Assembly (NCBI GenBank): GCA_051362555.1
Contig: CM120648.1
Coordinates: forward strand, 15,248,587 to 15,312,586
From: Lingula anatina
Taxonomy: Eukaryota > Animalia > Brachiopoda
Direction of reading: 5' to 3'
DNA length: 64,000 nucleotides
Shown here: piece by piece, positions 37,283 to 49,800 of the stretch
How positions within the stretch are numbered: the first letter of the stretch is position 1
Layout: every line of letters starts with the position of its first letter
Notes under the pieces: model-generated
What the model was told of the DNA's origin: nothing
Seen by the model: only the letters and a program-made list of their open reading frames with translations
Databases searched by the model: none
Translations under genes and position numbers: made by a program

Positions 37283-37966
37283 ATTAATGGAAATGTAACT
37301 CCCCGGTCCAATAGTGAAAATTTGTCTCCCCCTGGGAAATTTTAACTCCGCCCCCCCCCCCCCCACACACACACACACACACACAAAACATTCATAAATT
37401 TATTTTATTTGAGTAAATGACTATGATCTTGTAGTATGCATAATGGAGGACACATTGGCACTTAAATTTTTGTTTTAATTTTCATGAAAAATTTTAAAAA
37501 ATTAAAGATTTGTATTTTACCACACAAGGACTCCCCCTATGAAAAAGTATTTATTTGACATTTTTCAACATATTTTCTTTTAGGGTACTTTAGGAAGAAT
37601 ATATTGGATAAGAATAAGAAAATGAAAGATTAGTATTCTATGAAAAAGCTATTGATATTTGATACATTGAGACAATGGGTGGTAAAATGCACATTTTAGA
37701 TTTTCTTAATTTTCATGTTTTTTTTTTAAATTTTTTCTCACCTAATATTCAACCATCAAACTTTCAAATATTAAGTTACTTTTTCATAAATTGACTAGCT
37801 CAGGTCTCCCCTATATTCTATATCAGTAAAGCACCATCTTATGTGGAATTTCCAACTATTACCGTATTTTACTATTTTATATGGGAGGACGGTTGTGGTC
37901 GGTTGTGCTAGGTTGAGGACGGTGTTTAGGTACACTGCCACAGCCTCGTTGTGGAATCACCGCCAC

Positions 37967-38212
37967 AGCCTCGTTGCGGAATCCACCTTGAAAATGGCGA
38001 CCTTGACCCGATTACTACCTCGAAGGGTGTACCACCAGAAAATTCAATAAAACTTCTTTCTGGTATAAAGGTAAGTTTATTTTTACTATGTAAAACCCAA
38101 GTGCGATCTCATAGAGGTTTGCCATGCGTCCATTTCGGTCCATTTCGGTCCATTTCGGCCCATTTCAGTCCATTTCTATCCATTTCTCTCCATTTCTATG
38201 TTTTAAAGGACC
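37967..38212 (-). mobile_element. Partial inverted copy of the 27646-28088 MITE
   Basis: Near-identical reverse complement of ~27845-28088; terminal ~25 bp tandemly duplicated at ~37937. Confidence 0.8.
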
Positions 38213-38234
38213 GTTTTTAAAGACCCGTGCTGAA

Positions 38235-38393
38235 CAGGCCTGTACCCAGCAATATAAAAGGGGGGTTCTGAACAAGTGGACCTTTCACCATGAAAGTTTC
38301 GTATACCTATGTAAATTTTCACCAAGAGCGGACCTTTTCCAGGTTAAATGAGTGTTTCGTTCGACCCGCCCCCCTCTCCTGGCTACAGGCCTG
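38235..38393. mobile_element. Short hAT-like MITE, 5-bp TSD CTGAA
   Basis: CAGGCCTGTA.CCAG...CTGGCTACAGGCCTG; same family as 40251-40397. Confidence 0.75.
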
Positions 38394-40250
38394 CTGAAAA
38401 TAAAAGATTTATTGGGCGGGGCAGAAAAAAATGAAAAAATGCCCACAAAGATCAATGTTGAGAGTGGAACAAATTTAAGAGCTAGCCAGACTACTTACCG
38501 AACCGTTGTTTATGCCATGAAAGGACGCAGAAAGTGCAGAATGGCCTACTCCTTCAAATCAAACTTGCGTCTGTCATAAGCAGTATATGTTCCCCTTGGC
38601 GTCAGACGAGTAAAATGTTCCCGCTCTGCTCAACTATGTATCTAGGTCACAACAGCTCCGCAGCGAACACTGTCAGTCAAGCTACTGGTATTAGGGGGAC
38701 TGGTACATCCGGTGAGAAAGGGGTGAAAGGTTAAGCGTGGCGCAGTCTTTCTCTGCCTTCAATTTATTGTATCTTTTGATATTTTAATAATAATTAATAT
38801 CAGTCACTTTTCAAGACGTGAAAAGACGTGAAAGAACCTAGTAAAATAACTGAAATTTATCTAAGGCCAACCCAAGTAGGCCTACCCCCCAACCCATCAT
38901 TAACTCACACACACACACACACACACACACCTTTAATAATGATAAACGTTTTCAGGGAGATAGGTTTCAAACTATTGTATTAACTTGTCTGCGGATTTTG
39001 AAAGACAGTATCAATATCCTTCATTTCGCTTAGTTAAAATAAATTTAGGTAATTTTTTCTTGGTAGCCTACATCCCTTCCCTACACCACAGATACGTTTC
39101 TTTACATGTAAGTAGCCTACATACAATATAATTTTAGACAACATTTACCCCCCTTTTATTAATGTCTTCAGAGCATCATCGTCTGCATACTCTGAAAACT
39201 ATCGCTTCCCAGGAAGTGAACAGTTAACGCGGTGTGCAACATTTTAGGGAGAGGCTGATGAAAGGCAAAAATGCAAAGTTCTGCATGGTAAAACCGGAGA
39301 AGTGGGCTTGTTTTACGCTCCTCTGTATCATTATGTGTATAATATATTCTGTTTTAAAGTGTCCCATGCACCGTATCTTTTGCTTATAACTTGATAATAA
39401 TTCTTTTTCTTCTGTTTTCCCAAAAAATGTCCCGTGAACCGGCAAATAAAGTTCATCAGAAGCGCGTGCATACGATTTTTCGGACTAACGAACTTTGGGA
39501 CCAATGAACCTTTGCATTATTGAGACGCCCCCGAGGCTCATTCCTATACGTCCCCGTTATATTTTTTTTTCAAAAGTACACCACCCACTTGAGACAAAAA
39601 AAAAAAAAAAAAACATTCGAGATTTCGTGGAAAAATAAGAAAACAAATACTGAAATGATATGCTCTGTAACTTTACACATACAAATTAATATAAAAACAG
39701 ACTGTGTGCAGCTTACCTTTGTGATTTGTGACAAATGACTGTAGAGTGGCAGGTTTGGGGGGGGGGGGCAGGGGGTCCTGACCATCCCTTCAATTTCTTT
39801 AAAAAATCATATCAATGCTTTCTCTTAAAATTAGAATTTGAATTTGAATTAGGCTTATAGTTCTTAACTGTACCAAATGGCACCGTTCGCCCTCTAAAAT
39901 AACAAAAATTTTCGCCGTCCCTGAACCCCATGCCAAGAGAGGGGGGGAGGGGGGGATGGTTGGCTCCGCTTCCAGCCCCCCCCCCGGGCCGTAGCCTCCG
40001 GGGGGGCAGGGGGGGCAGCTGCCCCCCCTGGGATTTAGAATTTTCCACACTGGTAGGCGGACACCCCCTCTCCCTTCGGGGGCTTTGCCCCCTCGTGTCC
40101 GCTTACTGCCCCCCCCCCCTGGCATTTTGCTCAGGCTACGGCCCTGCCCCCCCCCCTCCCCCCCCCCCCCCCCCCCCCCCACAAACACACACACTTCAAA
40201 GAATCCTGGATTTGTATGCTGATGCTATGTACTTCACTTTGATCTTCAAC

Positions 40251-40397
40251 CAGGCCCGCAGCCAGCAATTTCAAACGGGGGGGTTCTTTTTCTGAAAAAG
40301 TGGACCATTTACCATGAAACCTTCATGTGCCTAGATAAATGTTTACCCAGAGGGGACCTTTTCCCAGCAAAAGGGGGGTCCCCTGGCTACGGGCCTG
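40251..40397. mobile_element. Short hAT-like MITE, 5-bp TSD TCAAC
   Basis: CAGGCCCGCAGCCAG...CTGGCTACGGGCCTG; shares the AAGTGGACC.TT interior with 38235 and with a truncated copy at ~44432-44588. Confidence 0.75.
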
Positions 40398-42647
40398 TCA
40401 ACGGTGGTTACGTTTTACAGATTACACCCAATTTTTATTTATCTTATTCTTTTTTATTTATTTTGCTCAAAATTGGCTTCAACCAACGATAAATAACTCA
40501 CCGCTCAATTTGTTGAATTATTGGTTAAAAAAAAACATTACAAAAGCGATAATGGTCGCCTTTGTCTTCGTGGAAATGTTGGATTTTATCATTTATGCTG
40601 TCTTTGGGCAATCCTAGAAACCACTGAATTAATTTAATGCGCTGCAGTTACTGTTTTTTTTTCTTTTTAATTTTATTTGTAATAAAGATCTAAGGCGAAA
40701 AAAAAAAAAACACACGGCTTTATTTTTTGTAACTTCATAAATCCTTAAAACGGGTGGAACAGATAAATCCGATGGTACGTATTGCCTGCGAGATCGTTAT
40801 AAAGAAACCAATTACGAACAGCACTAATCTTCTGTCTTGTACATGTACCCCTTGATTTAACTGTGCCACACCCAGCCCGGTTAAAGGGATAACAACTGTT
40901 CGAAAGATTACATGATAAACAACTCATAGAAATATAATAAATTCTGTTTTACCACCAAAAAGAAAGGATATCAAAATCATATCATTATAGACCTGTAGTT
41001 CAGAAAGATGAGCGATGTTCGATAACGGTATTAAAACTTCCATTTACATTCAATAGTGCTGGGCAGAGCATCTCCATATTAGAAGAGATTACGATGGATT
41101 TTGAGGCCCTAGAAAATCAAGTAATGTAGATCTACGCTAAATAAAAGTGGCAAAATAGGCTAAACAAAATTGATAAGTTGATTAACAAGCAGCGTCTGTA
41201 ATATAGGGGCCTAATGTTACAAATTACAATAATATATAAAAAAATTAACTGGTCGGTAGACGAATTTCTTTTGTAAATCTCAGATATGGTTAATAAGCAT
41301 GGCAAATAAATTCTATGGTCATTCGGACTCGGAATTAAAAAAAATGTTTATTTAAAGTTGTTCGTCAAATCCAAAATGAGGATGATTTAAAAGGGTTTCC
41401 TTGGAATCGATTGTAAAAATTTCCACATAACCCAACGCATTTTTCAATTTGAAAAAGAAACCACCCGATCCATGGTAGGCCGGGCTATTATATCGATGGC
41501 TAATAATGCCAGTAAAATGAAACTTGCATCGAGGGAGTGAAGATGTGGGGGGATAAATATGTGGGGAAGCAACGATGTGGGGGGAAATCTGTATGGGGAA
41601 GTAACGGTGCGCCTATAACGGTAACTTTACAAGGGATCTATCGATGTGGGTCGTTTTGATGTACATAATGCAAAAATCTACTGGAGGAAGGGGGGGGGGG
41701 GGTATCGGTGCTGGAGAGTGTCGGTGAGGGAACGCACAGGCGCAGGGGAGTATAGAGATTTTTTTTTATAAAATGTCATTCACCATTTCAAAGTATGTAC
41801 AAGTTAAAAATAAAACATAACTTTGCTCAAAAATGCAGTTATTTTCTTCTCTAAATTTATACAGGTGATTGATATACTTAGCACCCATTATTTTTTATAC
41901 ATATCTGTTGATAAATATACATGTATGTTCCCTATTTTTTCTTCTCTAGTCAGTTTTTTACAGTTTATTGATTTCCATATTTTTGAAATTTTTTAACACA
42001 CTCTACAAAGAATTAAAGAATATCATACTGTACAGAAGGACAGTGTTTGCATACATCATGTTCTGAAATCTCACATAAAGTATTTTCCTGTTGAATAAAT
42101 TCCATGCAAAAGTTTCCACTGATGTCAGATTGAGTACATGCCAAAAATATGTCATTCCACACTACACTTGGTACTCTTTCAATAAGAAATATAATATTTT
42201 CTGATTTATTCAAAACAAGTATTAATCTCACTTCACTGGAAGTGGTATCTTTTAGTTGTATTCCAGAGAGTATCGAGATAACCCCGCCAAGTTACAGAAA
42301 CTCTTAAAGACATAAATTAGTTTTTAGTAAAACTTTAAAACTGCCATAATTCATTTTAAGTTCTTTTATAAAATAGCAGGCAGTTGTTCCTTCCCAATTT
42401 TGGAGTATAAACAATGAAAGCGCTGTTCAATCGAATTTGTTAAATTGTCTCTATTTCAGAGTAGATAAGTGTATAAAGAGAGTTTTTAGTTTCAAATGGT
42501 GGTGAGCTGAATGTCCCTAAGTGATTCAGATAATTTTTGGAAAAAGTTTTCGAAAGTGCCCTATTAGCTGATGTGATGCTCACGAGAATTTCTACATTTG
42601 TTAGGGACTACTTTAAATGGTAATCAAACTTGACATGTCTTTGGTTA

Positions 42648-42870
42648 TACCCCCTTTACACTGGACGGCGTCCTTTCGGCGTCCTTTCTGCGACCGTGAA
42701 ATTTGGCATTGCTGTGGTCTTAATAAGGAGACACGAGCATTGATTTTGTATCAGAATGAATGCTCAATGATCGGCCAGTTGTCGGCACGTAAAGTATTAT
42801 AATTTTTTAACTCTCAAATGGGGCCGTACTGCTGGACGCAGAAAGGACGCCGTCCAGTGTAAAGGGGCCC
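42648..42870. mobile_element. PIF/Harbinger-type MITE
   Basis: CCCCTTTACACTGGACGGCGTCCTTTC inverted at both ends; TTA on both flanks. Confidence 0.8.
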
Positions 42871-43631
42871 TTAGCAAGAATAAATCTACCTCGACTTAAT
42901 GCATCTTTTAGGTCCTGCGTGGAAACATTTCAAATCACATTTGTTACGTATACGCCAGTAATTATTTTGGTGTGAGGAATATTTATACAGATGTTTGATA
43001 AAATTCAGCATGATATTTATTTACATTTTTCAATGGAATGTTCGATAATAATTTCATCCCGATTCAACCTTAGTAAAACTTCCACATACTTTTTTCAATA
43101 ATTCATTTCCACACAATCTGTTCCTGAACCATCAGATGAGGTGCTATACACTGAACTGAAGTCACTGGAGGTGATGGTCAACTTCTAGGTGCCATTAATC
43201 AACCACATCATTACTCCCCATCATAAACAGATCCAGAAATTAATTTTTCACAAATCTCTTGGAGTTGGGAACAACCCTCAGTGCGCGGTTTTGGCAATTC
43301 AATGGAGTCTTGAACAAAATGTGGAACCACGATGTTTTTTGTATATTGGGTTTTATTTTTCCTCTCATATTTTCAGTTCACATATAGAATAAGAAATTAA
43401 AGTCAAAAATGAAATGACAGATTAAACCATTGGTAAAAGACACAATATCTATCGAACCAATATTTTATATGTGTACCAGAGCTGCTAATACAGGAGTTTT
43501 TGGGTAGTTGTTATATTTCAGCGGAGTTCAATGCAACATGAAACTAGGAACGCACCAAAGCTTACTACCTGCGGTTGCCATGTATCAGCAGTCACCACGT
43601 CTATGCCAGGCGCTTACCAGCAATTAATGTA

Positions 43632-43867
43632 CAGGGGCGGATCCAGGATTATTTGAAGGGGATTCCGCAAATGCGAAAACGAGCCTTCCCCCACCTCTGG
43701 CGTGGAGAACAATTTTGTTATTTGAGGGCAAACGGTGCCATTTAGAACCATGTTTCAACTAGTCAAAATTCTTATTTCAAGAGGGGAATATTAATGTGAT
43801 TTTTTTTCAAAATCAAAGGGGGTCGGGACCCCTTCTGTCACCCCCCCCCCCCCCAAATCCGCCACTA
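43632..43867. mobile_element. Short hAT-like MITE
   Basis: CAGGGGCGGAT...ATCCGCCACTA; flanks AATGTA / CATGTA. Confidence 0.55.
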
Positions 43868-44870
43868 CATGTAAATGAGGTTCACTTAACTAACCAGTGA
43901 GAAAAAGACTTGCACGAATTCTGATAAATTTGTGAAGTGGAATAAGGTATCATACAAAGTACCTTTATTTGGACTATTGTATGCATATCACAGATTCACA
44001 AGTACTGGGGGTACCTGCATTTACCAGAAGTGTTTCTTACAAGGCTAAATTTTGAGTGCTCATAGGTAATTTGAGAATATGTAATTAATGAACAGTTTAC
44101 CAATCTAAAAAAATACTACTACAACTTCCACTTTGTTTTCTCCTGAAGGTGGTTTTTTCAAACTAGGATCCAAGATATGGCCATTTTGCTGATGGTGTCA
44201 TGTCAGTTGTTTTGAGGGTGAAAGAATGATTTTCTTTTTCTGGTGTTGTGCAGGAGTTCTACAGGGTAGGGGTTGTTACCGCTTTTCTGAAAATCACTGC
44301 ATTTAGATTTTATCAGTTACAACTTGAAAGTCTATCAATTTTCAATATGCATTTGTAAACAAGACTGCATACCTTACATCAGTCTAAAAGGTATCAATAA
44401 TCTGTAACACTCGATTGTTTATCATACTGAGCAGGCCCTAGCGAGCAATTTCAAAAGGGGGGTTTGTTTTCTGAAAAAGTGGACCTTTTTCCATAAAACC
44501 TTCATGTAAATAGATCAAATTTTACTCAGAGTGGACCTTTTCCTATCACGAGGGGCGGTTCTTTCGAACCCCCTGAACCCCACCTGGCAATTTTGGCAAT
44601 TTTAACTACAGTGACCAAGAGTGATCATGTGAATTGATTGTTATCTATATCCAATTAGGATTCTTGAGGTGAGGTCAAAAGCCTCCAGTTGCTTAGACAG
44701 ATAAAATAGTGCCTTAGAACAATGACAGCCCTTCCTGTTATCAAAATGTTGCTTGGCATAGTCCTTTAGTACCCATGATATGACAGATCAATGCATAAAT
44801 AACAAAAAAAAAATCAGGCTTATTTATATTTATTACAGGGTATTACTTAGCCTGCATTTTATATATAACC

Positions 44871-46173
44871 TCAAGTGTTATCTTCCAAGTGCACCCTTTC
44901 ATGTCTGTTTAAAGCATCTCTACGAGCAAATAACACTTCACAGTAATTACACTTGTATGGTTTCTCTCCAGTGTGAAGTCTTTCATGAATCACCATGGTT
45001 CTTTTTTCTATAAAAGATTTTTCACAGAACTGACAATGAAACACTTTATCTCCTCGGTGAATCCTTTCATGGTTTTTGCAGTGACTTTTTTCTATAAAAG
45101 CTTTCCCACAGAACACACATTTGTAGGGCTGCTCTCCAGTGTGAATCTTTTCATGTCTGTTGCAGGTTGGTAATTGGGCAAAAGTTTTCTCACAGAACTT
45201 GCACTTATATGGCTTCTCTCCAGTGTGAACTCGTTCATGCTGAACACAGGCGAATTTCTTTGTGAAGGCTTTGCAACAAAATTGACACTTGAAAGGTTTT
45301 TCGCTAACGTGAATCATTTCATGCATTTTAAGCTTTGAAGAATTAGGAAAACCCTTTCCACAGAAACATGTATATGGTCTCTCTCCCCTGTGAATTTTTT
45401 CATGTGTTACACAACGGTTTAAGCGAGAAAATTCTTTGCCACAATGCTGGCAAATAAACACCCTATTTGGTCTAGGTTTACAACTACTGTCTTTATCAAT
45501 GTCTATGTTTTGTTTTTTATTTGTTCTTTTGCACTTCTTGCACTGGTACACTTCCTGCAAATCTCTAAACCAAGGAGAGGACTTACAAGTCTTTCCGCAA
45601 GTCTGGCAGCAAATGGAAGTTTTTTCCTTACAGTTGTTGGGTTTATTTTGGCCATCATTATTTTGGCTGCCAGTTTTCATGCTTCGTTTACGTGTGTCCC
45701 TTATAATTCTCTTCACATCTTTGGCAGTCTTGTCTTCATGTTGTTCACAATGAGGAAGTTGTGGCCTCGAGTTAATCACTTTCACATTATTGGTATTGTC
45801 TTGATCTGTGGTAGGCTGCCCTCTGGTGTCAGCTATGTCTTCACTGGTAGAATCTTCTTCACCTGAATTGTGCTGACACCTGGTGACAGAAGTGTTGTCA
45901 TTGGTAGGATCTTCTTCATTTGATTTGTGCTGACATCTGGTGTCACTAGCGTCGCAATCTGTAGGATCATCTTGCCCTAATGCATTCTGCCCTTGAATGG
46001 ATGCTCGCTCTTCATCGCTTCTGCCCTCAAGCTCAAAAATACGCACATACATGTATATGGTCTCACTAGTGTCTTGATTGGCAAGATGATCTGATGACTT
46101 CTGTCCTTTAGTGGTAGCAATGTCCTGATCAATGGAAATCCCACATGACATTTGCTGCCCTCTGGTGTCCAGC
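44871..46173 (-). CDS. C2H2 zinc-finger gene, last coding exon (seven tandem fingers)
   Basis: Seven C2H2 fingers with TGEKPY-type linkers; acceptor TTTTGTCTAG at 46174; TGA at 44871; AATAAA just downstream. Confidence 0.92.
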
Positions 46174-46420
46174 CTAGACAAAATACCCACTTGTTTAAGT
46201 TTTAACTATTTCAAATATTACAAAATAACTATGTACCAGCACATGTAAATTTATGTAATTAGAATCTATTTTCCAATGAACTGTGAGAAAACAAAGCTTT
46301 TTTACATTGTAACAATGTTATAGTTGATGTGGTTGTAGCAGCTGGAAAAGCAGAAAATGTTCACTTGTAAAAAAATGAATGTTATCACATTCTGATGACT
46401 GAATATAAAATTCTCCTCAC

Positions 46421-46507
46421 TCCAATGTCTTGTCCTCCTCCTCGTCACCAGAGGGCAGCAGTGGATCCCCCTGGAGATCAGCACACAGCTGGGTGTGTAG
46501 ATTATGT
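46421..46507 (-). CDS. C2H2 zinc-finger gene, middle exon (87 bp, phase 2/2)
   Basis: Pyrimidine tract + CAG acceptor, GTGAG donor; reads HNLHTQLCADLQGDPLLPSGDEEEDKTL and joins both neighbours in frame. Confidence 0.8.
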
Positions 46508-46579
46508 CTGTGAATGAGAAAAAAAGGACAATCTTGCATTTGATCAAAGAAACTAATATGATAAATAAATCACACACAC

Positions 46580-46727
46580 TGTTGCATATTATAATGTAAT
46601 TAACATATCTCCCATAATGCATTGTTTTTTCTCTACCAGTTAGCCAGCATGGCTGGATGTGTTATGTAATAAATGAGTTATTAAAAAAATGTTAACTTGA
46701 GTTACATAACAACAGAAAACTACGACA
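46580..46727 (+). repeat. 5' LTR of element 3
   Basis: TGTTGCAT...TACGACA, identical to 51072-51219. Confidence 0.96.
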
Positions 46728-46745
46728 TGGTGTCAGAATCGGGAT
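46728..46745 (+). promoter_or_regulatory. Primer binding site of element 3 (tRNA-Leu-like)
   Basis: TGGTGTCAGAATCGGGAT directly after the LTR. Confidence 0.8.
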
Positions 46746-46838
46746 CTACATTGGATGTAGCATAATTTGGAGATTGGATGACCCACAAACTACAAGATAA
46801 AAACGGATTTAGAATCACTAAAAAAAAAGAAAAAAAAA

Positions 46839-49800
46839 ATGGAGCACATGTATGGGATACAGCCGCCTCACATGGACTGGGAATCCATGGACTTACCGCG
46901 TACGTTCAAACTTTTCAAGGAAAAGTGTGAATTGATATTCCAAGGACCTTTAGATGCTGTGTCAGAGGAAAGACAAGTGAAATTTCTTCTCCTTTGGATC
47001 GGAGAAAAAGGCCGCGAAATTGTGAAAACTTTTAACATTGATGATCCAGACGTGTTGACCTCGTATTGGCAAAAGTTGGAAGAATACACAAAGCCCAAGA
47101 GTAACTTTCGAATTCAGAGATTTAAACTTAGAGCATGCAGACAAGAAGCAGGTGAGAGCATTGATTCTTTTGTCAGACGAATCAGACTCGTGGCAAATGA
47201 ATGCAAATATACCGATGTTGATCAACACATAATTGACACTCTCATTTTTGGCACTAACTCGGAGAGAATTCAGGCGAAATTATTACAAAGAGAGGACGAT
47301 TTGACTCTAGATCAGGCTCTTGTTATTGCACGAACAGAGGAAGCAACTAAGAAACAGATTGAGGATCTTCACAGTACAGCAGCAAAGGAAATTCATGCAC
47401 TACGGCCAAGTGGAAACAGTCAAAGAGGGAGACCGCGTTTCAGACAGCCACAACATCGCACTCCTCGCCAGCAAACTCAATCAAAGGTACCAAGCAAGCA
47501 ACGCTCACGACAGCCACTGCAAGAATGTGGTAAGTGTGGAACTGAACATGTTTTTCAACAGTGCCCAGCTAAAGGTACAATTTGTCTCAAATGTGGCAAG
47601 CCAGATCACTGGAAAAGGGTATGTAGAACAAAAACAGTAACTGCATCGACCCATAGTAAAACTGTGCATTCAGTAGCAAATGAAAGTGGCAGTAGCAGTG
47701 TATACTTTGACTCTATATATGTAGATAGTATTCAGTCAAAACAGTCCCCAGTCAAGCCATTTGCTGACATTGAAGTTAAAGTTGGGAACTCTACTTCAAC
47801 ATTACGTTGCAAAATAGACACTGGTGCTGAGGGAAATGTAATACCACTGTCTTCTTTCAAAAAACTTGCAATTAAGCAACCACTAAAGCCTACAAATGAC
47901 ACGATTACTGCATATGGTGGCAGTAAGTTACCAGTATGTGGAATAGCAACATTGACATTCACAAATGACAAGGTCATGGTGACCTCAGACAGTTATATTG
48001 TGGACTGTGAAGGACCAGTTATACTAGGAATGGAAACCAGTCAGAAACTGGGACTTGTTACTCTGAACATAAATACAGTGACAAGACAGTCCATACTATC
48101 AGAGTATAAGGATATCTTTGAAGGTATCGGGAAATTGGATGGGGAATATCACATTAATATTGACCCCACTGTTTCTCCTGTTGTTCACCCACCACGGCGT
48201 GTACCTATTGCATTGCAGCCAGCACTCAAGGAGGAGTTGGACTCTCTCGTTGAGCAAGGGATCCTGTCACCAGTCACACAACCAACGAAATGGGTAAACT
48301 CGTGTGTATGTGTAACCAAACCCAATGGAAAAATACGTCTCTGCCTGGATCCAAAAGACTTAAATACGGCAATTAGACGTCCACACCACTACACACCAAC
48401 ACTGGATGACATCCTACCTCAACTGAGTGGCGCGCGTTATTTCAGTATACTTGACCTTCGGAGTGGGTATTGGAATATCACGTTAGATGAAGAAAGTTCT
48501 CTTCTGACTACCTTCAATTCGCCCTTCGGAAGATTTAGATACAACAGACTACCCTTTGGCCTCTCGCTATCTCAAGACGTCTTCCAGGCCAAGATTGAAG
48601 AAGTATTCAAAGACATTCCAGGGTGTACCGGAATCGCCGACGACCTCATCATAGCAGGTTGGCAAGAAGACGGATCTGACCACGATGCGACTCTGCGCGT
48701 TGTATTAGATACAGCCAGAAGAAAGGGGATACGCTTTAATGAGGACAAGATGATTCTTAGAAAGGAGGAAATTCCATTCTTCGGTCATATTATAGGAAAA
48801 GACGGGCTAAAACCAGACCCAGCAAAGGTAGAAGCCATTAATGTAATGAATGAGCCGAGAAATGTATCCGAGCTACAAACATTCCTTGGGATGACCAATT
48901 ATCTAAGCAGATACATTCCCCACATGTCTCAACTTACAGCCAGTCTCAGAGACCTGTGCAAGAAGGAAAGTGTTTTTCAGTGGAATGCTGAACACAGTAT
49001 TGCATTCAACGAGATTAAAAGAGAAATAGCAAATGCAACCAACCTACAATTCTACGACAGTAGCAAGTCACTTACACTCCAAGTTGACGCTTCATCTTAT
49101 GGATTAGGAGCTGCCTTAATCCAGGATAAAGGCCCAGTTGCATATGCTAGCAAAGCACTCACAGAAACAGAGTCACGTTACTCAAATATTGAACGCGAGA
49201 TGTTAGCAGTAGTGTTTGGTCTTGAAAAGTTTCACCATTATGTCTATGGTAGACATATTAAAGTAGAGACTGACCATAAGCCTCTAGAAGCCATTTTCAA
49301 GAAGCACCTACACAACGCACCACCGCGTCTGACCCGCATGTTGTTGAGAACACAGTGTTATGACACAGAGATTGTGTATGTCCCAGGCAAAAATATAGGA
49401 CTAGCTGATGCCCTCTCTCGCATGAAACCTTGTGATGGTGACGACATCAAGGGACTTGACATTACAGTACATGAATTACACTCGTACATGAACGCAAGTC
49501 CAACACGCATTGAGCAAATTCGCGAGGAAACTAGTAAGGAACCACAGCTAGCAGCTCTTCGTGAAATGATTTCTGTAGGATGGCCAGCTACACGCAGCGA
49601 GTGTCCAGAAATTCTTCACCCATACTGGAACTACCGTGATGAGTTAGGCATCGCAGATGGAATCATAATGAAGGGGAATAGGATGATTATTCCTACAGTA
49701 CTTCGCCCTGACCTACTTAAACAGCTACATTATGCCCACCAGGGAGTGGAGAAATGTAAGCTACGTGCAAAATCATCAGTATTTTGGCCTGGCATGAATA

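Noticed and set aside
39799-40295. Gly/Pro-rich ORFs on both strands
   Set aside because: Produced by G/C homopolymer runs in short MITEs
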